IMG/VR virus record: IMGVR_UViG_3300038828_000048
Location: 32,001-96,000 of that record
Reading direction: 5' to 3' (one strand)
Length of the DNA: 64,000 bases
Source of the DNA: a virus
Taxonomy: Duplodnaviria > Caudoviricetes
Under the pieces are notes generated by a model, which worked only from the letters and a program-made list of their open reading frames with translations, ran no database searches and had not been told where the DNA came from. Positions 1 through 7,740 of the stretch are shown here, piece by piece. Position 1 is the first letter of the stretch; every line of letters begins with the position of its first letter. The position numbers and the translations under genes are program-made.

Positions 1-585
1 AAATGATACATTTGTTTCAGGTATAGTTAGAAATGGTACATTAATATTTACATCACTAGAATTTACATTTTTATTAGAATCTAATATAGGTAATCCAACA
101 TCTAATTTCAAATCTAAATCTTTAAGTACATATTTTCTAAATTGATCTAAAGAGATTTCTATACCATATACTTCTAATGTCCAATAACCCCAACCTAAAT
201 CATACACACTTTCAGAAGTTATATATCCATTATTTAAAGATAATTCTCTCAAATGTTTAAATACAGCATACGATTCTGGTGTTACTTTTAAGCACCATTT
301 TTCAGGTAATATAGAATCAAAATCATCATGTGTAATTTTCGGTATTAAAATTTTATCAGGATGATTGTCTGGAAGATACTCATCAATTTCTAATAAATCG
401 GTTATTTCTGTTAAACCCGACGATGGTATTCTCCAATAAAATATTTCGTTAAAACATTGATATCCATCATCAAAATTAATTCTTTCATTATAATAGATAT
501 AATCATACTTGTTCATTACTGCTTTACAAGCTATCTGGTTATTATTACTAAAACCTTTATACCATTTACCAATTTCTATTTCCAT
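1..585 (-). CDS. Hypothetical phage protein, 3' end outside window
   Basis: Not in the ORF track. Manual translation from the ATG at 585 (MEIEIGKWYKG...EYLPDNHPDK...LPEKWCLKV...EISLDQFRKYVLK...) stays open to position 1. Confidence 0.8.
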   Translation of the reverse strand, partial: MEIEIGKWYKGFSNNNQIACKAVMNKYDYIYYNERINFDDGYQCFNEIFYWRIPSSGLTEITDLLEIDEYLPDNHPDKILIPKITHDDFDSILPEKWCLKVTPESYAVFKHLRELSLNNGYITSESVYDLGWGYWTLEVYGIEISLDQFRKYVLKDLDLKLDVGLPILDSNKNVNSSDVNINVPFLTIPETNVSF

Positions 586-596
586 ACTCGAATTAT

Positions 597-1076
597 TTAA
601 TCTATTTTAGTTAATAATTTTTGATGTATTATTTTTATGTCACCATTGGATTTATAAACAGAATATTTATCATTTCCTTCATATTTTTTAATAGTACCTG
701 TCCAATTTTCCCAAGGTTGTTCTAACTCTACAACATAAACCATATCGTTTGATTTAAATAGCAGTGATGATGTACGACAAGTTTGATTTTTTACAATGTT
801 TTCTATCTCATTTGCTCCATTTTCATCTTTGTATATTTCAGATATTATTTTAGATGTAAGTAAGTTTAAAGCTACTATTCCAGATAAAGATAATAATGAA
901 ATAACAGTACTAATATTTCTCTCTACTATAGATATATATCCTGGTTGCTCCTTATCTTCATTCTTATCTAATAATCTTTTAAACATAACCACATAATTAC
1001 CATCTTCTTTTTGATAAATTATAGCTCTTTTATTCTTTTCTTTTATTTGATATGAATATGGATGTTTATTCACCAT
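597..1076 (-). CDS. Hypothetical protein
   Basis: 159-aa ORF in the minus-strand gene run with an AT-rich leader. Confidence 0.7.
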   Translation of the reverse strand: MVNKHPYSYQIKEKNKRAIIYQKEDGNYVVMFKRLLDKNEDKEQPGYISIVERNISTVISLLSLSGIVALNLLTSKIISEIYKDENGANEIENIVKNQTCRTSSLLFKSNDMVYVVELEQPWENWTGTIKKYEGNDKYSVYKSNGDIKIIHQKLLTKID

Positions 1077-1112
1077 AATGATATTATTTAATTGTTTAAA
1101 AAAATATTAATC

Positions 1113-1156
1113 AAAAAAAAAACTGAATGATGAATAATTAAATTCACCATCCAGTT
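1113..1156 (-). terminator. Intrinsic terminator
   Basis: 15-bp stem (1121-1135 / 1142-1156) that pairs fully only with G-U wobbles on the minus strand, followed by a U10 tract. Confidence 0.75.
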
Positions 1157-1322
1157 AACCTACTATGCCCACCAAACTAGGTTTTGTTATGATAGCATTT
1201 TTTCTAATTCTTCTATTGAAAGATTAGATAATACATCATCTTTTTTACTTTAAATAATACCCTAAATCTATTTTGTTTGGGGATATTAGAAATATTGATG
1301 GTTTTGTTTATAGGCAACATTT

Positions 1323-2537
1323 TTATGTAGTTTTTATTCCTAAATTTAAATGCTTTTTAATAAAATCTATAACTATAGACGAAGAAGTGTTACTATTAAA
1401 CAATATATTAGCTCCATGTTTATCTAAATAAACAGCTCTAATTAAACCATCTTCATAAGTATCCATATTAGAAACAGTATTAATACCACACTCTAAAGAA
1501 CCACATTGAAACATTTTTTGTGGTGTAGTTTTAATAGTACCTTCAAGTTTTAAAGGGTTATGTGTATGAATAATACAATCATATCCTGGATTTTCTTTAA
1601 ATATCATCCATTGAGATCTAGCACCAACAGATGCTTTTTTATCTCCTACAACTGTAAACTTATCATCTTTAACTATAACTAAAGACATACCATTTTTAAA
1701 AACTTCATTATGGTTAGCCTTTCTTTGTGAAGAAACAAAAGTAGTTTCAGAAGTTTTATAACAAAAATGTCCAGGAGTAAATCCGTTCCCATTATTTTCC
1801 ATAAAACCCCGATTATCAACTAAAAATTGAATAACTTCTTGAAAAGATTTAGGAGCTTTTTGCATAAGAACATTTTCAGAAGTTTTTATAAAATTAGTTG
1901 GATTATAGTTTCCTTGACTTCTTGCAATAGTCATTTCTACTAATTCTTTTAAAGTTTCTTCTCTCGTTGATTGTTTATAAATAGTTTCTTCAGCTGTAAT
2001 AATAAAATTATTTCGAGTTATTGTATCATTACAAAACAATAAGTTGCATTTTACTGATTTCATCATTTTTAATCCTATAGAAAACTGTTCTTCTTCAGTT
2101 TTATTTGTAGTAGTTTTAAACCCGACTAAAAATATATCAGGTCTTTGTTTTCTAATTTTACTTATGATTTTGTCTGTAGGAGTTAATTCTAATGAAATAT
2201 TACCATTAGATGTTAATAATCTTTCTGCATGACTATTATTTTCTATGTTATCAATAGGTAAAGATGTATAATCACAAAAAGCTACATTTAAAATGATAGT
2301 TCCAACCTCTTCATTTAATAATAACTTATCAATTAATTTCTCTACGTCTTCATTCGTAATTAAATTAGAAGTATTTTCAGCCATTTTAGTTAAATATGAT
2401 TCATATATAACTTTATTTTTTTTATATATTTCAGTTATTTGTCTAGCAGTATTGCCAAAAGCAGGCGCTGCTAATGATAAATGATTTCTTATAGGTTGAA
2501 ATGTTCCTCCACCTAATATAATTGTTTTTCTAATCAT
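1323..2537 (-). CDS. Fusion of a CoaB/DFP-like (phosphopantothenoylcysteine synthetase-like) domain and a class II aldolase/adducin-like domain
   Basis: N-terminal motifs IILGGGT, LNVAFCDY, LELTPTDKII, FLVGFKTTT and FCND follow the CoaB motif order. C-terminal IIHTHNP and LDKHG fit the class II aldolase His triad. Start placed at ATG 2537 because the longer start lies inside a terminator hairpin. Confidence 0.75.
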   Translation of the reverse strand: MIRKTIILGGGTFQPIRNHLSLAAPAFGNTARQITEIYKKNKVIYESYLTKMAENTSNLITNEDVEKLIDKLLLNEEVGTIILNVAFCDYTSLPIDNIENNSHAERLLTSNGNISLELTPTDKIISKIRKQRPDIFLVGFKTTTNKTEEEQFSIGLKMMKSVKCNLLFCNDTITRNNFIITAEETIYKQSTREETLKELVEMTIARSQGNYNPTNFIKTSENVLMQKAPKSFQEVIQFLVDNRGFMENNGNGFTPGHFCYKTSETTFVSSQRKANHNEVFKNGMSLVIVKDDKFTVVGDKKASVGARSQWMIFKENPGYDCIIHTHNPLKLEGTIKTTPQKMFQCGSLECGINTVSNMDTYEDGLIRAVYLDKHGANILFNSNTSSSIVIDFIKKHLNLGIKTT

Positions 2538-2553
2538 GTTTTTATTTTTAATT

Positions 2554-2601
2554 AAAAAAAAGGATAGAAACTTTAATACTATAAAGTATTTGTTTCTATC
2601 C
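2554..2601 (-). terminator. Intrinsic terminator
   Basis: GGATAGAAAC (2562-2571) / GTTTCTATCC (2592-2601) plus an A8 run (U tract on the minus strand). Confidence 0.7.
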
Positions 2602-2652
2602 ATTCTAAAACAGTAAAACAGTAAAATATATATATAAGAATAGAAAAGTAAT

Positions 2653-2844
2653 TTAATTATGATATCTTAGAAACTGTCTAGTATCATTACCTAACCTTCT
2701 TGTTTCTATTATTGCAAAAACCATTATACCACCTTGAGTATAATCTTTTACTTTGATTTGTTCTCTTTTAACTACAACAGCTATTTCTGCTTGTTCTTGA
2801 GATTGTGTTTTTTGATAAGAATGTGCTCTTTCTACTTTTGACAT
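2653..2844 (-). CDS. Small hypothetical protein
   Basis: 63-aa ORF with ATG start and AT-rich leader. Confidence 0.6.
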   Translation of the reverse strand: MSKVERAHSYQKTQSQEQAEIAVVVKREQIKVKDYTQGGIMVFAIIETRRLGNDTRQFLRYHN

Positions 2845-2881
2845 TGGATGTTATATTTAATAAGTTAATAAATTAATAAGT

Positions 2882-3424
2882 TTATTCTTTATCGACAGGT
2901 TTATCATGCAAACGATATTTCCAAATATTATTGATAGAATCTTGAATTTCTTCAATCATACATTTTGATGAACCAATAAGTTTTCTATTATCAGAAAATC
3001 CTTTTACTGACCCTAAAGATCTTATATAATGAGTGGATAAAGTATATATATTTTCTTGAAATTCATTCAACGCTTCTTCAGAAGAAATATTATTACTTAC
3101 AATCAAGATTATAGATTGTGAATCGTTTTTATCAACTAATTTCTTTAATCTTAATAATTTAGGATCAAGATTAATAGGGAGATAAATCTCTTTAATATAT
3201 TTAGAAGTAAAACACCATCTTGCAAATAAAAGCATAGTTATTGCAATTATCAGTGCTAAAATTAAAGTTCTTACAACACCAAATGTTATAGATGTTTTAT
3301 CTATTTCATACGGACAAGGTTTTGGAAAAATATATCCACATTCATAATTAGTAGTAAAGATAATTGTAAATATTACAAAACCTACTAAATAAAGAAGATG
3401 TATTGGTTTAAATATATACTTCAT
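2882..3424 (-). CDS. Membrane protein (2 predicted TM helices)
   Basis: Hydrophobic stretches LLYLVGFVIFTIIF and TLILALIIAITMLLF. Confidence 0.7.
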   Translation of the reverse strand: MKYIFKPIHLLYLVGFVIFTIIFTTNYECGYIFPKPCPYEIDKTSITFGVVRTLILALIIAITMLLFARWCFTSKYIKEIYLPINLDPKLLRLKKLVDKNDSQSIILIVSNNISSEEALNEFQENIYTLSTHYIRSLGSVKGFSDNRKLIGSSKCMIEEIQDSINNIWKYRLHDKPVDKE

Positions 3425-3454
3425 AACGATTTGATTTTAATTAATAATGTTAAT

Positions 3455-3491
3455 AAAATAGTATTGTGGAGATGCGAGATCTCCACAATAC
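3455..3491 (-). terminator. Hairpin/terminator
   Basis: Perfect 13-bp inverted repeat GTATTGTGGAGAT (3461-3473) / ATCTCCACAATAC (3479-3491). Confidence 0.65.
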
Positions 3492-3525
3492 AGAAACACA
3501 ATAAAAATATAACAATGGCAAATTT

Positions 3526-4017
3526 TTAATCAGTATTATATGATTCCAACCAATTAAGCTTAGTTTTAGGATCATATACTCTTTCCACAGTATTAAATGT
3601 AGCTATTAGATAGCTAGTATCTCTACCAGCATCTATGGTCCAATTAGGACCATCATACAACATTTCACTATATTTTTCATCTTCGTTATATACTGTATTC
3701 ACAGAAATATAACCGTTTTCGATAAGGTAATTTATATCATTTTGATAACCAAGAACAGTACTATTATAAGCACTAGATTTTTCTATAAAATCATAAATTT
3801 CTTGTTTATTATCATACTTATATATTACAGTATCTACTTCAAACGAAATTTGAAGTTTATCAAGATCAATATGTGCAATATCATTACATAGATATTGATC
3901 AAATTGATTTTTACCAGATAATAATTGTGATACACCTATAGATTTAAATATAGTAGTATTTACTCCTGTACCTAAACCAAATAGATAAATTGTTAAAAAT
4001 AATAAAAACTGTTTCAT
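3526..4017 (-). CDS. Hypothetical protein with N-terminal signal/anchor
   Basis: MKQFLLFLTIYLFGLGTG resembles a signal peptide; 163 aa. Confidence 0.7.
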   Translation of the reverse strand: MKQFLLFLTIYLFGLGTGVNTTIFKSIGVSQLLSGKNQFDQYLCNDIAHIDLDKLQISFEVDTVIYKYDNKQEIYDFIEKSSAYNSTVLGYQNDINYLIENGYISVNTVYNEDEKYSEMLYDGPNWTIDAGRDTSYLIATFNTVERVYDPKTKLNWLESYNTD

Positions 4018-4089
4018 TTTAGTTTGTTTTTAATGATGGATAAATAATTGATAATTAATATTTAAGATTATTTAAAGTTATATGTCTTT

Positions 4090-4290
4090 TTAAATTACTT
4101 CTTCATTATACATATAACCAAAACTGTATTCGGGAAAGTTATAATTCCTTATATTTTTATATGAATCTATTACTATGTACGGTTTTTCTAATACACAAGT
4201 ATATCCTATTTTTCCAGAATATAATTCTTCTATTCGCTTGATAATTCCTTTCCAACCATACTCAAATCCCTTACTAAGACTATTCTTCAT
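4090..4290 (-). CDS. Small hypothetical protein, possibly the 3' remnant of a decayed gene
   Basis: 66-aa ORF. The same frame upstream looks coding from ACG at 4356 but contains TAG and TAA. Confidence 0.45.
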   Translation of the reverse strand: MKNSLSKGFEYGWKGIIKRIEELYSGKIGYTCVLEKPYIVIDSYKNIRNYNFPEYSFGYMYNEEVI

Positions 4291-4370
4291 AGCTGACGGA
4301 TCTTACACTAATCTATTAAACTTCTTCTATTTACAAACGTATTCAATGTTTAACGTTTTATTTTAAATAA

Positions 4371-5012
4371 TTAATCAGGAAATATTATTTGAGAGATATC
4401 TACATACTCTTCCATATACGCATGTACAATCCAATGTTGACGATTAAACAAATAATCACCATCATGTAATGCTTGTAAAGCACATAAAAAATCTTTATCA
4501 AATTTTTTCATCCACTCAGGTAACATATTAAATATATGATCATTACCTACACTAGACATTGTTAGAAGATCAAGTTTTTTAGATAGATCTTTTGGTAAAT
4601 ATCTACCAATCGCACAACCTTCAGATAGTGGATTTTTTTTCATAATCATTATTACCATATCTTTATTGCAAAGAATCAAATGATAACCATCATGCAATTG
4701 TTGTAAATCTTCTAAGAAATGCTTTCCTAGTTTTTTTAACCAATCAGGTAGTTTATAAAATATAGCATCATTATAAATAGCTGTGCTATCTATCACACCC
4801 ATATCATCCAATTTTATAGCAAGATCATCAGATATTAATCTACCAATAGCACAACCATTAGTATGATTAATTTTATTTTTACCAGGATAATATGAACACA
4901 ACCCTATATCATTAAAAGATTTTCTTTCAGGTTTACCCCAATAGTATTGTATTGTATCATTCAATAGTTCGATTTGAGTATTAAACTCCTTTAATTCTTT
5001 ATTCGTTTTCAT
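4371..5012 (-). CDS. Hypothetical protein with an internally duplicated domain
   Basis: Two copies of GCAIGR...KLD...IF..LP.W.KK..K.FL..LQ.LHDG. Confidence 0.8.
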   Translation of the reverse strand: MKTNKELKEFNTQIELLNDTIQYYWGKPERKSFNDIGLCSYYPGKNKINHTNGCAIGRLISDDLAIKLDDMGVIDSTAIYNDAIFYKLPDWLKKLGKHFLEDLQQLHDGYHLILCNKDMVIMIMKKNPLSEGCAIGRYLPKDLSKKLDLLTMSSVGNDHIFNMLPEWMKKFDKDFLCALQALHDGDYLFNRQHWIVHAYMEEYVDISQIIFPD

Positions 5013-5056
5013 TGCACTTACTATTTAATATTTACTATTTACTATTTACTATTAAT

Positions 5057-5093
5057 AAAAGAGTAGTATAATATCTTTATACTATACTACTCT
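5057..5093 (-). terminator. Intrinsic terminator
   Basis: AGAGTAGTATA (5060-5070) / TATACTACTCT (5083-5093) next to an A run. Confidence 0.65.
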
Positions 5094-5218
5094 AACTATT
5101 TGAACTTTTACAGACTAAACACTTATGTTTATTCTTCTTTTTTTATTTATTGATAATTATTTATAAGATTATCTTCTCTTACCTTATTATTAACTAATAT
5201 TAGTAGATAATAAGGATT

Positions 5219-5407
5219 TTATACAGTCGGATCTTTATTTTTACCCATAAATAATATCGTTATATAACTAAACTTATATTTATTGCTAAACATTAGTATA
5301 TACTCGATAATATTATTAGTATATGTAGAAGCAAGACTATAATCATCATCATCATAATATGGATAATCTGTACCACAACAATAACAAGTAATAATTGATG
5401 TATTCAT
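5219..5407 (-). CDS. Small hypothetical protein
   Basis: 62 aa; starts immediately after the upstream stop; CYCC motif. Confidence 0.45.
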   Translation of the reverse strand: MNTSIITCYCCGTDYPYYDDDDYSLASTYTNNIIEYILMFSNKYKFSYITILFMGKNKDPTV

Positions 5408-5409
5408 TA

Positions 5410-5814
5410 TTATCTAGAATGCGTGATTGATACTAAAGATTTATATCCTAAAATATCATCTTCAGAACCTACAACAGGATCATCACCAGATAGAAAATCT
5501 GTTCTTTCAGGAAACATGCGAGCAATGATAGGATCTACTACAAAAAATATCCCAAATGTTTGTTTAGGTAATAGATTTATCAATTTATTTCTACATTCAT
5601 GAACTGGTATATCATCAATAGTAACTGTTATAAAATTAGTAACATAATCTACTTTATAACCAAGAATACTCAAACCATCTTCCAATTGATAGGTATAAGT
5701 ATCAATTACAGTTAATATACTCTCATCTTTATTAAAGATAATAATTGGTTCTCCTGTTAAAGAGAATACATGATTAGGAGTTTGTGATCCTTTTAATTCT
5801 AATTCAGTATTCAT
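5410..5814 (-). CDS. Hypothetical phage protein
   Basis: 134 aa. The C-terminus LLP...FFVVD.IIA...PERTDFL...ILGYKSL resembles a widespread small phage protein pattern of unknown function. Confidence 0.7.
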   Translation of the reverse strand: MNTELELKGSQTPNHVFSLTGEPIIIFNKDESILTVIDTYTYQLEDGLSILGYKVDYVTNFITVTIDDIPVHECRNKLINLLPKQTFGIFFVVDPIIARMFPERTDFLSGDDPVVGSEDDILGYKSLVSITHSR

Positions 5815-5853
5815 TATAATATATTTTATTATATTTAATTAATTAAAAATAGT

Positions 5854-5884
5854 AAAAAGGGTTGAGCATTAAACAGCTCAACCC
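5854..5884 (-). terminator. Intrinsic terminator
   Basis: GGGTTGAGC (5859-5867) / GCTCAACCC (5876-5884) plus an A5 run. Confidence 0.75.
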
Positions 5885-5957
5885 AATTTCCAATCCCAAT
5901 TATGTAAGGACAATCGCAAGAAAGTTCAAGCATGTTGAGACAATCATCTGTATTTTA

Positions 5958-6128
5958 TTATGATTTATAAAACTTATATAAACCATTACCTAATTCAGCA
6001 CAAGATGAATAATGCTGGTTAATCATCCATTTAAGTCTGAGTTTCCAATCTTCGGATAACTCATCGAGTTTAGTTAATAGATCTACCAAATAGATCTTTT
6101 TAAGTTTAAGTTTATTATTGGTGGACAT
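5958..6128 (-). CDS. Small hypothetical protein (56 aa)
   Basis: Below the ORF-track cutoff. Manual translation MSTNNKLKLKKIYLVDLLTKLDELSEDWK...; AT-rich leader; lies between two terminators. Confidence 0.5.
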   Translation of the reverse strand: MSTNNKLKLKKIYLVDLLTKLDELSEDWKLRLKWMINQHYSSCAELGNGLYKFYKS

Positions 6129-6194
6129 AATAAATATATTTATATTAAATTAATAAATTAGTGTAAATAAGTATCTCTATCCTTATCTAATGAT

Positions 6195-6231
6195 AAAAAA
6201 AAAGGTAACACACTATTTCTAGCATGTTACC
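6195..6231 (-). terminator. Intrinsic terminator
   Basis: GGTAACA (6204-6210) / TGTTACC (6225-6231) plus an A9 run. Confidence 0.65.
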
Positions 6232-6266
6232 AATTTCTTTAGAGCAAAAAATTCTAGGATGAGAGA

Positions 6267-6677
6267 TTAGATTGTATCATCATCATCTTGTAAAACTGGT
6301 TCTGTTGCTACCACAGGAGCACTAGAACCACTTAACCCCTTGGATACCAATCTTTTAGGAGTACCAAGCTCCTTCTCTGCACTGATTAATTCAAGCACCG
6401 AAATCTTACTAATGATTTCAGTATTCCATGCTGGAGTAGTAACTCCAGTTGTTCGATTAGTAACAGTTATTCTGTTACCATCCTTCCCCATTGCTGGGGA
6501 ATTCTTGCAAAGGTATAATGTACCTTCTACATAATTACCATTTTGGAATACAGTTCCATTGATGATGGATGAATGATATTCTCCAGCAACAACGTTACCT
6601 ACCATTGGTAAATTACCATTGGTATCTTGATCGAATGTTTCTTGGTTTCTTGGTTGTGAAAATGATGCAATGAACAT
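6267..6677 (-). CDS. Hypothetical protein, possibly ssDNA-binding
   Basis: 136 aa, beta-rich, with a flexible linker and acidic tail (LQDDDDTI). First gene after the non-coding region. The function is inference only. Confidence 0.7.
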   Translation of the reverse strand: MFIASFSQPRNQETFDQDTNGNLPMVGNVVAGEYHSSIINGTVFQNGNYVEGTLYLCKNSPAMGKDGNRITVTNRTTGVTTPAWNTEIISKISVLELISAEKELGTPKRLVSKGLSGSSAPVVATEPVLQDDDDTI

Positions 6678-6942
6678 GATTAAATGATTTAAAAGTTATG
6701 GTACATAATCCCCAATGTACCGTGATAATTGGATTCTAAACACTAACGGGGGGATTAACCGATAGCAAAAATGTACCTGGGGGGTTGGGATTAACTAGTA
6801 CGAAAACTAATTCATACAATAATTTTTCAAAAAATAATATAGTAGTACGGGGATATCAATGAATTATTAAAATTGAATTATTGAAAATCACTTTTCCCAA
6901 AAAAAAATTAGGGTATATCACCTTTATGTTATTTTTTTTATT

Positions 6943-6950
6943 TAATTTTG
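6943..6950 (+). promoter_or_regulatory. Bacteroidota-type -7 promoter box for the candidate ncRNA
   Basis: TAATTTTG matches TAnnTTTG and lies just before the first helix of the structured region. No clean -33 TTTG. Confidence 0.55.
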
Positions 6951-6952
6951 TA

Positions 6953-7355
6953 TTACCGTTTACAAGTAACGCTTTTCAGCAAGTATTCTTGGGATTGAAT
7001 AAAACGGTAAAAGTGTTCAGTTAGATTCCTACACCCTAAGTTTGAAAATCGAAAGATCTGGTTAATAAGGATTTTGTAGGATGCGCTGTTTGAAAGTTGG
7101 TTATATGGGTGATTACCGCCGTGTTAAAGATAGTTTTTAACTTAGAAGTCAATACAATACTTAGAAGTTAATGTAAATCTCGGTAGGGTTCTAGAGTAAT
7201 CATTCGGAATAAAAAGTATATACACCTGTGGATGGTCCAAAAGTAATATCTATGGTGTACGCTTACAACACTTCCCTAAGTACCAACTAACGCTTTATAA
7301 GGTTAACTCGCTGTTATCAAACAAGGAAAAATTCCTGAGTTATAACCTTTTTTTT
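6953..7355 (+). ncRNA. Candidate large structured non-coding RNA (about 400 nt)
   Basis: No ORF of 60 aa or more; higher GC than other intergenic DNA; at least 8 nested helices including long-range ones; a GAAA tetraloop; ends in a hairpin plus U tract. Confidence 0.65.
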
Positions 7356-7499
7356 ATTCAATGTAATTGATATGTTACATATAGTAAACATTTGTAATAA
7401 CGATGCTGGGGATGCTCCCTTTAAATAAAATAAAGAGTAAATTTTAAAATCTGATGCGTATGAAGTGATTTAATCGTTTTAATTTTAGTTAATTTGCGT

Positions 7500-7540
7500 A
7501 GAGTTCTGGGGTTAAAGATATCCCAGAACTCTTTTTGTTT
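7500..7540 (+). terminator. Terminator between convergent units (possibly bidirectional)
   Basis: AGAGTTCTGGG (7500-7510) / CCCAGAACTCT (7522-7532) followed by TTTTGTTT. Confidence 0.8.
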
Positions 7541-7740
7541 TATAGCTTAGTTTTAGGTTTCATAGCTTTATAAAGTCTTTTAAATTCTTCATCAATTGCT
7601 TCTCCATATATACCATGTAGGTTTACATTAACGTTGGATTTTGGAATATCAACCCATTTACCTTTTAATGCTTCTGCAAGCATAGCAAAACTGGCTACTG
7701 GATCACTACTAGCTTTTGGATTATTAACTATAGGTGAATC

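Noticed and set aside
2538-2603. Longer N-terminus of the CoaB-like ORF
   Set aside because: It overlaps a terminator hairpin and poly-A/T tract; CoaB similarity begins at the ATG at 2537.
5018-5053. Short TTTACTA repeats (also TAAAACAG at about 2606 and (TTA)n at about 19073 and 21938)
   Set aside because: Low-complexity slippage repeats expected in AT-rich intergenic DNA.
6680-7540. CRISPR array, tRNA, tmRNA or group I/II intron in the non-coding region
   Set aside because: No regularly spaced direct repeats, cloverleaf, tmRNA ends or intron core motifs seen, and the region does not interrupt a gene.
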